Assembly: GCF_040393045.1 (NCBI RefSeq)
Contig: NZ_JBEBUX010000005.1
Location: 743 to 64,742 of the forward strand
Length of the DNA: 64,000 nucleotides
Reading direction: 5' to 3'
DNA from: Pollutimonas bauzanensis
Lineage (GTDB): Bacteria > Pseudomonadota > Gammaproteobacteria > Burkholderiales > Burkholderiaceae_B
The notes beneath the pieces are model-generated. The model was not told where the DNA came from, searched no databases, and saw nothing but the letters and a program-made list of their open reading frames with translations. Of the stretch, positions 47,024 to 59,484 are shown one piece after another (the stretch's first letter is position 1; every line of letters starts with the position of its first letter). Position numbers and translations under genes: made by a program.

Positions 47024-47087
47024 GATTAAGATTAAGAGATTCATTTTTCACCATTGATTTCTTCCCGCCGGCCCCCATGTGCATTAA

Positions 47088-48083
<996 letters not shown>

Positions 48084-48101
48084 TCGGCAGCAGCCTGGCG
48101 A

Positions 48102-48130
48102 GGCGTCTACAATAGTAGACGCCGTTTTTC
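48102..48130 (+). terminator. Rho-independent terminator after the LLM oxidoreductase gene
   Basis: GGCGTCTAC-aata-GTAGACGCC (perfect 9-bp stem) followed by GTTTTTCG. Confidence 0.8.
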
Positions 48131-48162
48131 GCCGCCCCGGCCTATAGAGCGGCGATTGCTTC

Positions 48163-48933
48163 GTGAGTACGCCAACTATGACAGAAGAAAGCTCCATCGC
48201 CTCCCGCCTTGCCCAAGTCCAGAGCAGGATAAGCGACGCCGCCGTGCGGGCCGGACGCATGCCCGACTCAGTCAACCTCCTGCCCGTCAGCAAGACATTC
48301 GGCGAAGAAGCTATACGGGAGGCCGTGCGACTTGGCGTACGCCGCTTTGGTGAAAACAAGGCGCAAGAAATCCGCAGCAAGTACGAACCCTTGGCCGACT
48401 GTGGCATTGATTGGGTAATGATAGGCCACCTCCAGACCAATAAAGCCAAGGATATTGCGCGCATGGCATCTGAAGTGCAGTCCCTGGACCGCATGGAACT
48501 GGCCATCGCCCTGGACCGACGGCTGCAACAGGAAGGGCGTGCCATAGACGTTCTGGTACAAGTAAAGACATCGACCGAGCCCAGCAAATACGGCTTGCCG
48601 CCAGAAGAGCTGAATACATTCCTGCGCCGCCTGTCGCAGGAAACACCCACCTTGCGTGTACAGGGTCTGATGACTCTTGCTATCAATGTGCCAAGCCAGG
48701 AGGCTGTGCGCGCGTGTTTCCGTAGCCTGCGCGAATTGCGTGACCAGGCGCAAAACGAGGCGATCGAAGGCATAGCCCTGAGCCGTTTATCCATGGGTAT
48801 GAGCGGCGACTTTGAAATCGCCATTGAAGAAGGCTCTACGGAAGTGCGTATCGGCACGGCCATTTTCGGCGGCCGCATTTACGGCGACGATTACTACTGG
48901 CCTGAAGATAAGCAAGCCCAAACACCGGATTAA
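48163..48933 (+). CDS. yggS: YggS-family pyridoxal-phosphate homeostasis protein
   Basis: LLPVSKTFGEEAIREA (PLP lysine), GHLQTNKAK, LSMGMSGDFEIAIEEGSTEVRIGTAIFG. GTG 48163 or ATG 48178 as start. Confidence 0.88.
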   Translation: MSTPTMTEESSIASRLAQVQSRISDAAVRAGRMPDSVNLLPVSKTFGEEAIREAVRLGVRRFGENKAQEIRSKYEPLADCGIDWVMIGHLQTNKAKDIARMASEVQSLDRMELAIALDRRLQQEGRAIDVLVQVKTSTEPSKYGLPPEELNTFLRRLSQETPTLRVQGLMTLAINVPSQEAVRACFRSLRELRDQAQNEAIEGIALSRLSMGMSGDFEIAIEEGSTEVRIGTAIFGGRIYGDDYYWPEDKQAQTPD

Positions 48934-48986
48934 GACAATTTGAGCACGCTCCCCGAAACCATCTGCGTGTAGAGCGTGGCGCCCCT

Positions 48987-49943
48987 ATGGTCATGAACCG
49001 CGCTCCATCTGCCCCCCCGATAACGGTTGCCCGAAAGCCCAATACGCCATTGAGCAACTACAAAATGTCGGACCGCTCCGAACATGACGACTTCGGCATC
49101 CGGGACGAACGCTCCGCGTTGCCCAACCTTGCTGCGCACCGACATGAATACTTCCAAATCCATGTGCAGCTGGAAGGCACAACCCAGCACGACATAGGCA
49201 ATGTGCGCAGGATCGTGGAACCGGGCACCGTGTGCTTTATCCTTCCCTTCAAGGCTCACTTCATTCCCACTGTCGCCAACAGCCGCTATTACATCTTAAA
49301 TGCGGGACTCAGCTATCTGCTGCCTTCGCTGGATGTCGACATATCGAATCTCGAAGACACACCCATTGAGCGCGCACCCGAACTGGCACCGTTTTGCTTT
49401 CAAGAGCAACTCGACTTCAAGCTTGACGGGCCCGCGTTCGCCCAGATTGAAGCGTTGTGCCGTGACATCGCTGCAGAAGATGCGCGCCGGGGCAATGGCT
49501 CGGCCATCCTGATACGCGCATATCTGCTGCAGCTAATAGGAATCGTCTGGCGTCAGCATGGCGAAGACCTCGCAGCGCTTGCGGCAATGCCGGTCTCGGG
49601 TCTGGGACGCAAGCAGGCGCTGACGCGGCTGCTCGCATTCCTGAAAGATCGGCTGCATGAGCCGATCTCATTGACGCAGGCTGCATCCGCCATTCACCTA
49701 TCGCCGGCGTACCTCACACGTTTACTCAAACGCGAAACCGGACAGACGTTCGTCCAGTACCTTACCGCTCGCCGCATATCCCTAGCGCGAGAACTGCTCC
49801 TGCATACCAACCTTTCGATCAAGGAAATTGCTTCGCGTTGCGGGTTCATGGATGAGGCCTATTTTGGCAGGCGGTTCCGTTTATACGAGAAGACCAGCCC
49901 TACCGCTTTTCGCCGCGGACTGCAGAAAGCCGAACTCAAATAA
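48987..49943 (+). CDS. AraC-family transcriptional regulator
   Basis: N-terminal cupin-like sensor (HRHEYFQIHVQLEG). C-terminal double HTH (LTQAASAIHLSPAYLTRLLKRETGQTF...IKEIASRCGFMDEAYFGRRFR). Alternative start at ATG 49065. Confidence 0.85.
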   Translation: MVMNRAPSAPPITVARKPNTPLSNYKMSDRSEHDDFGIRDERSALPNLAAHRHEYFQIHVQLEGTTQHDIGNVRRIVEPGTVCFILPFKAHFIPTVANSRYYILNAGLSYLLPSLDVDISNLEDTPIERAPELAPFCFQEQLDFKLDGPAFAQIEALCRDIAAEDARRGNGSAILIRAYLLQLIGIVWRQHGEDLAALAAMPVSGLGRKQALTRLLAFLKDRLHEPISLTQAASAIHLSPAYLTRLLKRETGQTFVQYLTARRISLARELLLHTNLSIKEIASRCGFMDEAYFGRRFRLYEKTSPTAFRRGLQKAELK

Positions 49944-50076
49944 TCAACAACTGGCGTATGCGCAAATTTGTCCGGCTTTAGGGCAAGTTATCCTCTAACG
50001 GCCACCTCGTCCTTTCGTGCACCATGACGTATACCCTGCACCGCTTCCCAGTGCAGGCAAAATCGAAAGGATATTT

Positions 50077-50799
50077 ATGAATCAGTCTGCCGTTGCGCAA
50101 GGCGATATCGCCGCGTTGCCGCTCCCTATCGTGTCGCCGGCAACCGTACAGGTCGTCGGACGTGAACAGCCGTTCACCGTACGCCGTGTGTACTGCGTCG
50201 GTCGCAACTATATCGAGCACATCCGCGAAATGAAGGAAGGCGATGAACGCGACCCTCCCTTCTTCTTCCAAAAACCCACAGATTCCGTCGTGATCGACGG
50301 ACAGGTGCCTTACCCGTTACTAACCGAGGACTTCCAGTTCGAGTTGGAGCTTGTCGTGGCAATCGGGCGCACACCCGACGCCGACCTTCAAGATCCCCTT
50401 GCTTCGGTATTGGGCTACGCCGTGGGCCTGGACATGACGCGGCGCGACCGTCAACGTGAGGCGTTTCGTGAGGGACGGCCATGGGAGGTGGGTAAATCAT
50501 TCGATTGGTCAGCACCTTGCGGGGTGATCATGCCAGTAGAAACAGGGGGGCATGTACTCGAAGGCCCCCTAACCCTGGACGTCAACGGCGAACCGGCCCA
50601 ACAGTCAGTACTCGAAAAAATGATCTGGAATGTCCCCGAAATCATTGTGCAACTGTCGCGCCAATATCGATTGATGCCAGGGGATCTGATCTACACAGGA
50701 ACACCTGCCGGTGTTGGCGCCGTACAGGTAGGGGATAAATTGCGAGGGCGCATTGCCGACCTTCCGGAACTGAACGTGACGATTATCGAAACACGTTAA
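50077..50799 (+). CDS. Fumarylacetoacetate hydrolase family protein
   Basis: ORF 50017..50799 trimmed to ATG 50077. VYCVGRNYIEH, ELELVVAIG and DLIYTGTPAGVG motifs. Confidence 0.85.
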   Translation: MNQSAVAQGDIAALPLPIVSPATVQVVGREQPFTVRRVYCVGRNYIEHIREMKEGDERDPPFFFQKPTDSVVIDGQVPYPLLTEDFQFELELVVAIGRTPDADLQDPLASVLGYAVGLDMTRRDRQREAFREGRPWEVGKSFDWSAPCGVIMPVETGGHVLEGPLTLDVNGEPAQQSVLEKMIWNVPEIIVQLSRQYRLMPGDLIYTGTPAGVGAVQVGDKLRGRIADLPELNVTIIETR

Positions 50800-50830
50800 T
50801 CCATACACCATCACCCAAAGGAGAGACAAA

Positions 50831-51811
50831 ATGAAAAAACGGACATTTCTTAACACGCTTGTATCTGCTTTACTGTTCAGTGGGCTCATCGGCAGCGCAC
50901 AGGCAGCCACCGATTATCCTTCGCGCCCGGTCACGATCATCGTGCCCTTTGCCGCAGGCGGAGCCAGCGATCTATTAGCTCGGCAATTGGGCAAACAGCT
51001 CTCAATGAAATTAGGCCAGCCCTTTGTCATCGAGAACCGCGCCGGTGCCGGCGGTACTGTCGGAGCACGTTTGGCGAGCAGGGCCACCCCTGACGGCTAT
51101 ACGCTCGTGATGGGAACCAACGCATCGCACGCCATTGCCGCAACCACCCATCGCAACCTCAGCTACGACCCGCTAAAAGATTTCGACGCGATTTCTCTCG
51201 TGGCCAATGTGCCACAGGTCATGGTCGTTCATCCATCAGTACCAGTGTCTAACATCCCCGAACTGATCGAATATGCCAAGAGCAATCAAGGGCAATTGAA
51301 TTTCAGTTCTGCAGGCATCGGCACGCCCGGGCACCTTGGCATGGAACTGTTCAAAATGCTGACTGGGGTCGAGATGGAACACGTGCCATTTCAAGGCGGA
51401 AATCCTGCACTGATCGCAGTGACGGGTGGTCAAGTCCAAGTGCTGGCTGACAATGTCAGTTCTGCATTGCCACAAGTGAAAGCTGGCAAAGTGAGGCCGA
51501 TCGGCGTCACATCTGCCCACCGTTCAACGGCGCTACCGGATATACCAACCATTGCAGAGCAAGGGGTAACCGGCTTCGAATCAGGATCATGGTTTGCGCT
51601 GTTTGCCCCGGCCGGCACGCCTCCCGAAATTATCAGCAAACTCAATGCTGAGGTGGGATTGGCTCTTAAAGATCCTGTTTCACACGAGACATTGTCGGCA
51701 CAAGGGGCTGAACCCGCACCCGGCACCTCCGATGAACTACGTGAACTCATTCGAGACGATATAAAAAAGTGGAGCGGCGTCGTCCAACGCATTGGCCTAC
51801 AAGTGGACTGA
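50831..51811 (+). CDS. Bug-family (TctC-like) periplasmic solute-binding receptor
   Basis: AAAGGAGAG RBS. Signal peptide ending GSAQA. YPSRPVTIIVPFAAGGASD. Confidence 0.88.
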   Translation: MKKRTFLNTLVSALLFSGLIGSAQAATDYPSRPVTIIVPFAAGGASDLLARQLGKQLSMKLGQPFVIENRAGAGGTVGARLASRATPDGYTLVMGTNASHAIAATTHRNLSYDPLKDFDAISLVANVPQVMVVHPSVPVSNIPELIEYAKSNQGQLNFSSAGIGTPGHLGMELFKMLTGVEMEHVPFQGGNPALIAVTGGQVQVLADNVSSALPQVKAGKVRPIGVTSAHRSTALPDIPTIAEQGVTGFESGSWFALFAPAGTPPEIISKLNAEVGLALKDPVSHETLSAQGAEPAPGTSDELRELIRDDIKKWSGVVQRIGLQVD

Positions 51812-51960
51812 GGAAGCCATAAAGTAAAAGCCCTGGCGGGCGCGCGCACTGCATGCCCGCCCAGGATCCGCCAAGTGTTCATTTCTGGAGTGCCGCCGAC
51901 CGAATACTGGTAGTCCACTACAATAGGAGTCCTTGCAGACCGACAATATATTGATCGTTA

Positions 51961-54603
51961 ATGGAAAGACCAGATATCAGCACACACACACCGATGATGC
52001 AGCAGTATCTTCGCCTAAAAGAAGAAGCAGGTTCGCACCTGCTGTTCTACCGCATGGGCGATTTTTACGAAATGTTCTACAGCGATGCCGAACGCGGCGC
52101 GCGCGTGCTCAACCTGACGCTGACCAAGCGCGGTACATCCAACGGTGCACCCATCCCCATGGCTGGCGTGCCTTTCCACGCGATGGAAGGCTATCTGGCT
52201 CGGTTGGTTGCACAAGGTATATCGGTCGCCATATGTGAACAGGTCGGCGATCCGGCAACCAGCAAGGGACCGGTAGAGCGCAAGATCATGCGCATCGTGA
52301 CGCCGGGCACACTGACCGACGAAGCGTTGTTGCCCACCAAGGCGGATCGCATGATCGCCGCCATCTGGAACGGGAAGATCAACAGAACAGAGCGTACAGG
52401 CCTGGCATGGATGAACCTGGCCAATGGCGAATTCAAAGTCAGCGAATGTTCGCCCGACATGATGGAAACCGAGCTGCACCGCATCGGCCCGGCCGAGCTG
52501 GTATGCGCGGAAAGCAGCCGCATCGGCCATAACACGGGCATCGCCATAAGCGCCATCCCCGACTGGCATTTCGAAGCCGACGGCGCGCACGATGTACTGC
52601 AAAAGCATTTTGCGGTGGATTCCCTGGCGAGCTTTGGCTTGTCTGACTTGCCGGTGGCAAGTTGCGCGGCCGGCGCCCTGCTGCGATATGTCAGCCGCAC
52701 GCAAACGCAATCTTTGTCGCACATCCAGACCATACGCGTCGACCACGCGGGCGGCTATGTCGTGCTGGATCCGGTTACCCGCAAAAACCTGGAACTGACC
52801 GAAACCATCAGCGGCGAAGATAGCCCTACGCTGTTTTCCACGCTGGATCATTGCGAAACCCCCATGGGTAGCCGGCTGCTGCGCCGGTGGCTGCACCATC
52901 CGCTGCGCGACAATGCGCCTGTCCTGGCACGCCAGCAAGTCATCTCTGTGTTGTTATCGCCGCCGCCCAGCGGACAAGCCTTTAATGCCGAAGCACCGCT
53001 GGATACCTTGCGTCAGATGCTGGACCGCTACCCCGACCTGGAACGCATCGCCACGCGTATTGCAATGCGTTCGGTTCGGCCGCGCGAACTGGCCAGCCTG
53101 CGTGAAGCTTTGGCGCTGTTGCCTGCGGTATCTGATCACTTAAAGCAATCCTTTCACGCTGAGTCGATTCTCGCTCCATTCATACAAGCCATCGATATCG
53201 ACCCGAATATCGCGGGCCTGCTGCATCACGCTATCGATCCCGAACCTGCGTTAATGGTGCGCGAAGGCGGTGTGATTGCGCCTGGGTATGACGAAGAGCT
53301 GGACGAACTGCGGCGTCTTGCCAGCGACAGCGGTGAATTCCTGCTTGAGCTCGAAGCGCGCGAACGCCAGCGTACAGGCATTACCAACTTGCGTGTCGAG
53401 TTCAATCGAGTGCATGGGTTTTACATCGAAGTTTCACGCGGCCAGGCAGACAAAGTACCCGCCGATTACCGCCGGCGCCAAACACTGAAAAACGTCGAAC
53501 GCTACATCACCCCTGAATTGAAAACCTGGGAAGACAAAGTATTGTCTGCCAAGGACCGCAGCCTGACACGTGAAAAATATCTGTTCGAAATTCTGCTTGA
53601 TGAGTTCGCACTGTATGCGCCTGCACTTTCGCAATGTGCCTCTGCCCTGGCTGAAATCGATGCCCTCGCCGCGCTGGCCAAGCATGCCCAATTGAATAAC
53701 TGGATTGCACCGCAACTATCCGACAACAATGAAATCATCATTGAAGCGGGTCGCCACCCCGTCGTCGAGCACAGCATCGAGCGGTTCACGCCCAACGACT
53801 GCGAACTGGGTCCGCAACGGCGCATGTTGCTGATCACCGGCCCCAATATGGGCGGCAAGTCCACCTACATGCGGCAGATAGCGCTGATTGCCTTGCTGGC
53901 CAGGACAGGCAGCTTTGTTCCCGCCAACACGGCCAGCGTTGGCCAGATCGACAGGATATTCACGCGTATCGGCGCTGCCGATGACTTGGCAGGCGGACGC
54001 TCCACCTTCATGATGGAAATGACAGAGGCCGCTGCGATCCTGTCTGCCAGCACGCCGCAAAGCCTGGTGCTGATGGATGAAATCGGCCGAGGCACATCCA
54101 CCTATGATGGCTTGGCTTTAGCCTGGTCCATTGCTTATCGCCTGCTGACCCACAACCAGGCGCTTACTCTGTTTGCCACGCATTACTTTGAAATCACGCG
54201 CCTGCCCGCTGAAGCGCCGGCGGCGGCCAACGTCCATCTGGCCGCCGCTGAATCCCCCACCGGAATCGTGTTCCTGCACGAAGTCCAGGCAGGGCCGGCC
54301 AGCCGCAGCTATGGGATCCAAGTAGCGCAACGCGCCGGCATACCCGCTGCAGTAATCCGCCACGCCAGCAAGGAGCTATCGCGGCTAGAGGCCCAAGGTG
54401 CGCCTACTCCCCAATTGGATTTATTTTCGGCAGGCGCCGAGACAGAATCCGACACGATCGGCGATCTGTACCCGGATGCTGTCGATACCGACCAGGAAAC
54501 CGAGTCGGCATTACAATCAGCGCTTGCCGCGATTGACCCCGACCAGCTCACGCCCCGTGAGGCTCTGGATGTGTTGTACCGTTTACGTAAAGAGCATTTA
54601 TGA
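51961..54603 (+). CDS. mutS: DNA mismatch repair protein MutS
   Basis: [19 protein letters not shown] mismatch-binding motif, Walker [22 protein letters not shown]. Confidence 0.97.
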   Translation: MERPDISTHTPMMQQYLRLKEEAGSHLLFYRMGDFYEMFYSDAERGARVLNLTLTKRGTSNGAPIPMAGVPFHAMEGYLARLVAQGISVAICEQVGDPATSKGPVERKIMRIVTPGTLTDEALLPTKADRMIAAIWNGKINRTERTGLAWMNLANGEFKVSECSPDMMETELHRIGPAELVCAESSRIGHNTGIAISAIPDWHFEADGAHDVLQKHFAVDSLASFGLSDLPVASCAAGALLRYVSRTQTQSLSHIQTIRVDHAGGYVVLDPVTRKNLELTETISGEDSPTLFSTLDHCETPMGSRLLRRWLHHPLRDNAPVLARQQVISVLLSPPPSGQAFNAEAPLDTLRQMLDRYPDLERIATRIAMRSVRPRELASLREALALLPAVSDHLKQSFHAESILAPFIQAIDIDPNIAGLLHHAIDPEPALMVREGGVIAPGYDEELDELRRLASDSGEFLLELEARERQRTGITNLRVEFNRVHGFYIEVSRGQADKVPADYRRRQTLKNVERYITPELKTWEDKVLSAKDRSLTREKYLFEILLDEFALYAPALSQCASALAEIDALAALAKHAQLNNWIAPQLSDNNEIIIEAGRHPVVEHSIERFTPNDCELGPQRRMLLITGPNMGGKSTYMRQIALIALLARTGSFVPANTASVGQIDRIFTRIGAADDLAGGRSTFMMEMTEAAAILSASTPQSLVLMDEIGRGTSTYDGLALAWSIAYRLLTHNQALTLFATHYFEITRLPAEAPAAANVHLAAAESPTGIVFLHEVQAGPASRSYGIQVAQRAGIPAAVIRHASKELSRLEAQGAPTPQLDLFSAGAETESDTIGDLYPDAVDTDQETESALQSALAAIDPDQLTPREALDVLYRLRKEHL

Positions 54604-55784
54604 AGATCGATCAGCCCCTCACTTTGTTGGGCGGCATCTCGCCTCAGCACTTCATGCGCGAGTATTGGCAGCGCAAGCCTTTATTAATACGCCAGGCCAT
54701 CCCGGGGTTCAAGCCATCGCTATCCATTGCCAACATCAAGCAACTGGTCAAGCGTGAAGAAGTCGAGTCGCGCCTAATATGGCAAGATGAAAACGGCTGG
54801 AACATGAAGACCGGCCCTTTCGATCGCCTCCCTGCCGCCAGCAAGCCAAACTGGTCGCTGTTGGCGCAAAGCGTAGACTTGCACGATGATGCGACCGCAG
54901 CGCTGATGCGGCAATTTCGCTTCATATCCGACGCGCGGCTGGACGATGCCATGATCAGCATTGCCACCGACGGTGGCGGCGTAGGCCCCCACTTCGACAG
55001 CTACGACGTTTTTTTGCTGCAAGCCCACGGCCAGCGACGCTGGCGCATCAGCCAGCAAGAAGACCTGACACTCGAACCCGGCCTGCCACTGAAAATTCTT
55101 CAAAACTTTCAAGCTGAAGAAGAGTTCGTGCTGGAACCCGGCGATATGCTGTACCTGCCTCCCCATGCCGCACACGACGGCGTGGCAATAGGCAATTGCA
55201 TGACCATTTCCATCGGCTTTCGCGCACCCACCCTGGCTACACTGGCCTGTGGCATGCTGGAAACAGCCAACGACCAGATTCTCGCCAACCTCGGCGATCT
55301 TGGCGGCTTGTATGCCAATCCCGTCATTCCAGGCCCGTCGCTATCCGCGACATTCAAGGATCCGGACACAGACGCCACCACCACACCGGCTGCACTGCCT
55401 GATACCTTGCTCAAGGCAACGGTCGACGCCATCGCCAAAGTCAAATTCGACAAGCACTTGGCGACCCGCTTCCTGGGCCAATGGCTAACCGACCTGCCGG
55501 CCAATGCGTATTTCGAGCCCGGCAACGAAGACCTCGATTTAACGGTGGCAATGCCGACCACAGGCAAACTGGTACTGGATCGTTGCACCCGGCTGATGTA
55601 TCGCGACAAGCAATTATTCATCAATGGCGAAGTCGCCCCTATCCCCGCATCATCCCGTTTGCGCCAATTGGCCGACGCACGCGAATTGCTGTGCGGAAGC
55701 GATAAGGCGACAAAACTGAAGCAAAAAGAGTTACGAATGTTGAATGAATGGCAGTTGGAAGGATGGCTGCACCATATCGACTAA
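54600..55784 (+). CDS. JmjC/cupin-family oxygenase, ribosomal protein uL16 arginine hydroxylase (RoxA/YcfD)-like
   Basis: [30 protein letters not shown]-terminus like Ycf[19 protein letters not shown] (HxD iron ligands) with a distal His in PPHAAHDGV. Confidence 0.75.
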   Translation: MKIDQPLTLLGGISPQHFMREYWQRKPLLIRQAIPGFKPSLSIANIKQLVKREEVESRLIWQDENGWNMKTGPFDRLPAASKPNWSLLAQSVDLHDDATAALMRQFRFISDARLDDAMISIATDGGGVGPHFDSYDVFLLQAHGQRRWRISQQEDLTLEPGLPLKILQNFQAEEEFVLEPGDMLYLPPHAAHDGVAIGNCMTISIGFRAPTLATLACGMLETANDQILANLGDLGGLYANPVIPGPSLSATFKDPDTDATTTPAALPDTLLKATVDAIAKVKFDKHLATRFLGQWLTDLPANAYFEPGNEDLDLTVAMPTTGKLVLDRCTRLMYRDKQLFINGEVAPIPASSRLRQLADARELLCGSDKATKLKQKELRMLNEWQLEGWLHHID

Positions 55785-55876
55785 AGCGCTAAAAAACCAA
55801 AAATCGAAATGAACGTAAGCACAAAATAAAAAAATATTGAGATAAAAGACTGAAATCCATATAACTCATTCACTGC

Positions 55877-55912
55877 ATAAGCTTATAAGTAATTAAGAAA
55901 TAAGAAGCTTAT
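55877..55912 (+). promoter_or_regulatory. Repeated ATAAGCTTAT / ATAAGAAGCTTAT motif in the AT-rich cysJ upstream region (candidate LysR/CysB-type site)
   Basis: ATAAGCTTAT at 55877..55886 (a 10-bp palindrome) and ATAAGAAGCTTAT at 55900..55912. These lie 60-100 bp upstream of the cysJ ATG. Confidence 0.3.
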
Positions 55913-55973
55913 CGTTCGTCCCAGCCAGCAAGCTACTTAGAATGGTCCAATCCTGAACCATATTGAGTACGCA

Positions 55974-57767
55974 ATGCTGGCACCTTCCTACTTGCCCGAA
56001 TCCAAACACAAGCTGCTTACCGAGCTCACAGACGGCCTGGAATCCAATGCCTTAAGCTGGCTATCCGGATACTTCGCGGGCGTTGAACAAGGTAGACAAG
56101 GCCAGCGCAGCGCCCCGCCGGCCATCAGCGCGGTTGCGGCTCCCAGCACTGCCAAACAGCTGACCATCGTGTACGGCAGCCAAACCGGCAACGCCAAACG
56201 CATTGCCGAAACACTGGCGGAACGGATCACGACGCTAGGCCTGAACGCACGCCTGGTGCGCGCCGACCGATACACCACGCGCGAACTCAAAGACGAGCAT
56301 CTGCTGTATATCGTCATGAGCACCCAGGGTGAGGGCGACCCGCCCGATGATTCCCTGGCCTTCGTCGAATTTCTGAACAGCCGCCGCGCACCCAAGCTTC
56401 CGCAGTTGAAATATGCCGTCCTTGGGTTGGGTGATTCAAGCTATCCATTGTTTTGCGGCATCGCCCAAACTATCGATACGCGGCTGGCAGAACTAGGCGC
56501 CCAACGGATCCATGATTTGGGTACGGCCGACCTGGACATTGAAACTGTTGCCCTGCCCTGGCAGGACGCCACAGTCGCGCTGGCTCAGAAAACACTGAAA
56601 CAAGCCGATGTCCCTAGCGCCAGCGTCACGCCCCTGCATCCCAAAGCCGCCAAAGTTTCCCGCGACCAACCTTTTCTGGCCGAGTTGTTGCTGAATCAAC
56701 CTGTCACAGGCCGTGGCAGCGATAAAGACGTGCGGCACCTTGAAATTTCGCTGGAAGGCAGCCAACTGAGCTACCAGCCAGGCGACGCGCTAGGTGTATG
56801 GCCTCGTCAATCGGCCGCGCTGGTTGACGCCATCATTGCCGAGTTGAAACTGGATGGGGACGAAGTCATAGAGATCAACAAGGTAACGCACAGCGTGAAA
56901 GAGTGGTTGACTCATCATCGCGAGCTGACCCAACTGACCAAGCCCTTCTTGATCGCCCATGCGGAACTGGCAGCCAGCGACGCCCTGAAAGCGCTATTAC
57001 ACGCTGATGCCATCGACACGCTGAAAGATTTCCTGGGATCACGGCAACTCATAGACGTGCTCAAAACCTATCCCGCCAAATGGACAGCGCCAAATTTGGT
57101 CAAGACGTTGCGGCCCTTGACCCCACGGATGTATTCCATTGCCTCTAGCCAGAGCACTGTCGAGTCCGAAGTCCACCTGACATTGGCCAATGTTGCCTAC
57201 GAGTACGAAGGTGAAGACCGTTGGGGTGTAACGTCCAACTTCCTGAGCCAGCTTGCCGAGGGCGATAAATTACCCATTTTCATCGAAGAAAATACACGCT
57301 TCCGCTTGCCTGCCGACAACTCGCGCGACGTGATCATGGTCGGTCCAGGCACCGGAATAGCGCCATTTCGCGCCTTTGTCCAGGAACGCAGCGTCAACGA
57401 CGCCACCGGCCGCAACTGGCTCTTCTTTGGCAATCCGCATTTTTCTTCCGATTTTTTATATCAAACCGAATGGCAACGCGCCTTGCAAGACGGCGATCTC
57501 AACCGGCTGGATCTCGCTTTTTCTCGCGACCAGGCCGACAAAGTCTACGTACAGCATAAATTGCTTGAGCAGGCCGCCGACGTATATGATTGGCTTCAAG
57601 GCGGTGCGCATCTGTATGTATGCGGCGACGCCACACGCATGGCCAAGGATGTACACCAGGCGCTGCTGCGCATTGCGCAAGACGAGGGCGGCCTGGATGA
57701 AACCCAGGCCAAGGAATGGCTGGATGATTTGGCTGCACAAGGCCGCTATGCCCGCGACGTTTACTAA
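55974..57767 (+). CDS. cysJ: Assimilatory sulfite reductase (NADPH) flavoprotein alpha component
   Basis: Flavodoxin domain (IVYGSQTGNAKRIAETLAE), FAD/NADPH domain (RMYSIASS, GPGTGIAPFRAF, C-terminal GRYARDVY). Confidence 0.95.
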   Translation: MLAPSYLPESKHKLLTELTDGLESNALSWLSGYFAGVEQGRQGQRSAPPAISAVAAPSTAKQLTIVYGSQTGNAKRIAETLAERITTLGLNARLVRADRYTTRELKDEHLLYIVMSTQGEGDPPDDSLAFVEFLNSRRAPKLPQLKYAVLGLGDSSYPLFCGIAQTIDTRLAELGAQRIHDLGTADLDIETVALPWQDATVALAQKTLKQADVPSASVTPLHPKAAKVSRDQPFLAELLLNQPVTGRGSDKDVRHLEISLEGSQLSYQPGDALGVWPRQSAALVDAIIAELKLDGDEVIEINKVTHSVKEWLTHHRELTQLTKPFLIAHAELAASDALKALLHADAIDTLKDFLGSRQLIDVLKTYPAKWTAPNLVKTLRPLTPRMYSIASSQSTVESEVHLTLANVAYEYEGEDRWGVTSNFLSQLAEGDKLPIFIEENTRFRLPADNSRDVIMVGPGTGIAPFRAFVQERSVNDATGRNWLFFGNPHFSSDFLYQTEWQRALQDGDLNRLDLAFSRDQADKVYVQHKLLEQAADVYDWLQGGAHLYVCGDATRMAKDVHQALLRIAQDEGGLDETQAKEWLDDLAAQGRYARDVY

Positions 57768-57778
57768 TCAGGATTTTC

Positions 57779-59479
57779 ATGAGCACTACCCTCTCGCACC
57801 TTGAACAGGTCAAAGCAGATAGCCGCCATTTGCGCGGCACCATCGAAGCAGGCTTGAATGATCCTGTAACCGGCGCGATCAGCGACGACGACAACAAACT
57901 GCTTAAATTCCATGGCAGCTACCAGCAGGACGACCGCGATATCCGTGACGAACGGCGCAAGCAAAAGCTGGAGCCGGCCTACTCATTCATGATTCGCGCC
58001 CGCCTTCCCGGCGGCGTCATTACGCCTGCCCAATGGCTGGCCTTCGACGACCTGGCATCGACCTATGCGGGCCGGGGTTTGCGCATTACCACGCGGCAAA
58101 CCTTCCAATGGCATGGCGTCATCAAGCGCGAACTGAAAGCCACGATGCAAGCCATACACAATGCCATGGCAACCACCATCGCCGCCTGTGGCGACGTCAA
58201 TCGCCAGGTTGTCAGCTCCGTCAACCCCCTGCTTTCCAGCCAGCACAAGCTAGTGCAGGAATGGACCCAGAAGCTGTCTGACCATTTCATACCCCGTACC
58301 CGGGCTTATCACGAGATATGGCTCGACGGCGAAAAGATCACGGATGAGCCCGAAGAAGAGCCTATTTACGGCGACACCTACTTGCCCCGTAAATTCAAAA
58401 TGGGCATCGCCATTCCCCCAACCAACGATGCTGACGTGTTTGCGCAGGATCTGGGCCTGATCGCCATTATCGAAAACGGTCTGTTGCAAGGCTTTAACGT
58501 CGCCATCGGCGGCGGCATGGGCGCCACGCACGGCGACGACACCACCTACGCCCGCCTGGGCAGCCTGATAGGGTTTGTTCCGCCAGAACAGCTTATTCGC
58601 GTAGCCGAAGGTGTCGTCACCTTGCAACGCGATTACGGAAATCGCGAACAACGCCAGCACGCCCGCCTGAAGTACACGCTGGATCATCGCGGCCTGGACT
58701 GGTTCAAGGCCCAGCTCGAAGAACGCATCGGCTTCACATTGCAGCCAGTACGCCCTTACCACTTCGACCAGAATGGCGACCGCTATGGCTGGTCCCAAGG
58801 CGAAGATGGCCAGTGGCATCTTGGCTTGTACATCGAGTCGGGAAGGCTGTGGGACCATGAAGGCAGCTTGCAACAAACCGGCGTGCGTGAAATTGCCAAG
58901 ATACTTAAAGGCGAGTTCCGTCTAACCTGTAACCAGAATCTTGTCATCTCCAATGTTGCCACGGAAGACCGGGCTCAAATTGATGAATTGGTAGCCCGCT
59001 ACGGCCTTGACGGCTATATCAATCAAAGCGGCATACGACGCCACAGCATTTCCTGTGTTGCCCTGCCCACTTGCGGCCTGGCCATGGCCGAAAGCGAACG
59101 CTACGCGCCCATTCTGCTGCCCAAGCTGGAAGCGCTGCTGGCTAAACACGGCTTAACCGACGCCCCTATTCTGCTGCGTCTTTCGGGATGTCCTAATGGC
59201 TGCTCTCGTCCCTATCTAGGGGAAATCGCCTTGGTGGGACGAGCTCTGGGCCGCTACGACCTGCGCCTGGGGGCTGACTTTACAGGCGAACGATTGAATA
59301 TCTCGTATCGCGAAAATATTGCCGAACCAGAGATACTCAGCACGCTGGATGGCTTGTTTGATGCTTATGCCAAGAATCGCCAGACGGATGAAAAATTCGG
59401 AGACTATCTTGTACGCAGCAAAACCATACCTGCTCCGTCACAACGCCTGATACCTATTGTTCTTGATAGCGTCACCTGA
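57779..59479 (+). CDS. cysI: Assimilatory sulfite reductase (NADPH) hemoprotein beta component
   Basis: [12 protein letters not shown]. Siroheme/4Fe-4S cysteine clusters [13 protein letters not shown] and [10 protein letters not shown]. Confidence 0.95.
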   Translation: MSTTLSHLEQVKADSRHLRGTIEAGLNDPVTGAISDDDNKLLKFHGSYQQDDRDIRDERRKQKLEPAYSFMIRARLPGGVITPAQWLAFDDLASTYAGRGLRITTRQTFQWHGVIKRELKATMQAIHNAMATTIAACGDVNRQVVSSVNPLLSSQHKLVQEWTQKLSDHFIPRTRAYHEIWLDGEKITDEPEEEPIYGDTYLPRKFKMGIAIPPTNDADVFAQDLGLIAIIENGLLQGFNVAIGGGMGATHGDDTTYARLGSLIGFVPPEQLIRVAEGVVTLQRDYGNREQRQHARLKYTLDHRGLDWFKAQLEERIGFTLQPVRPYHFDQNGDRYGWSQGEDGQWHLGLYIESGRLWDHEGSLQQTGVREIAKILKGEFRLTCNQNLVISNVATEDRAQIDELVARYGLDGYINQSGIRRHSISCVALPTCGLAMAESERYAPILLPKLEALLAKHGLTDAPILLRLSGCPNGCSRPYLGEIALVGRALGRYDLRLGADFTGERLNISYRENIAEPEILSTLDGLFDAYAKNRQTDEKFGDYLVRSKTIPAPSQRLIPIVLDSVT

Positions 59480-59484
59480 ATCCG

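Noticed and set aside
47021-47045. Short tandem GATTAA-GATTAA-GAGATT after the hydrolase gene
   Set aside because: There are only two and a half copies of a hexamer. That is too short to call a repeat element or regulatory site.
52015-52938. 307-aa minus-strand ORF, plus several shorter ones inside mutS
   Set aside because: All lie antisense to or out of frame with mutS, whose identity is certain.
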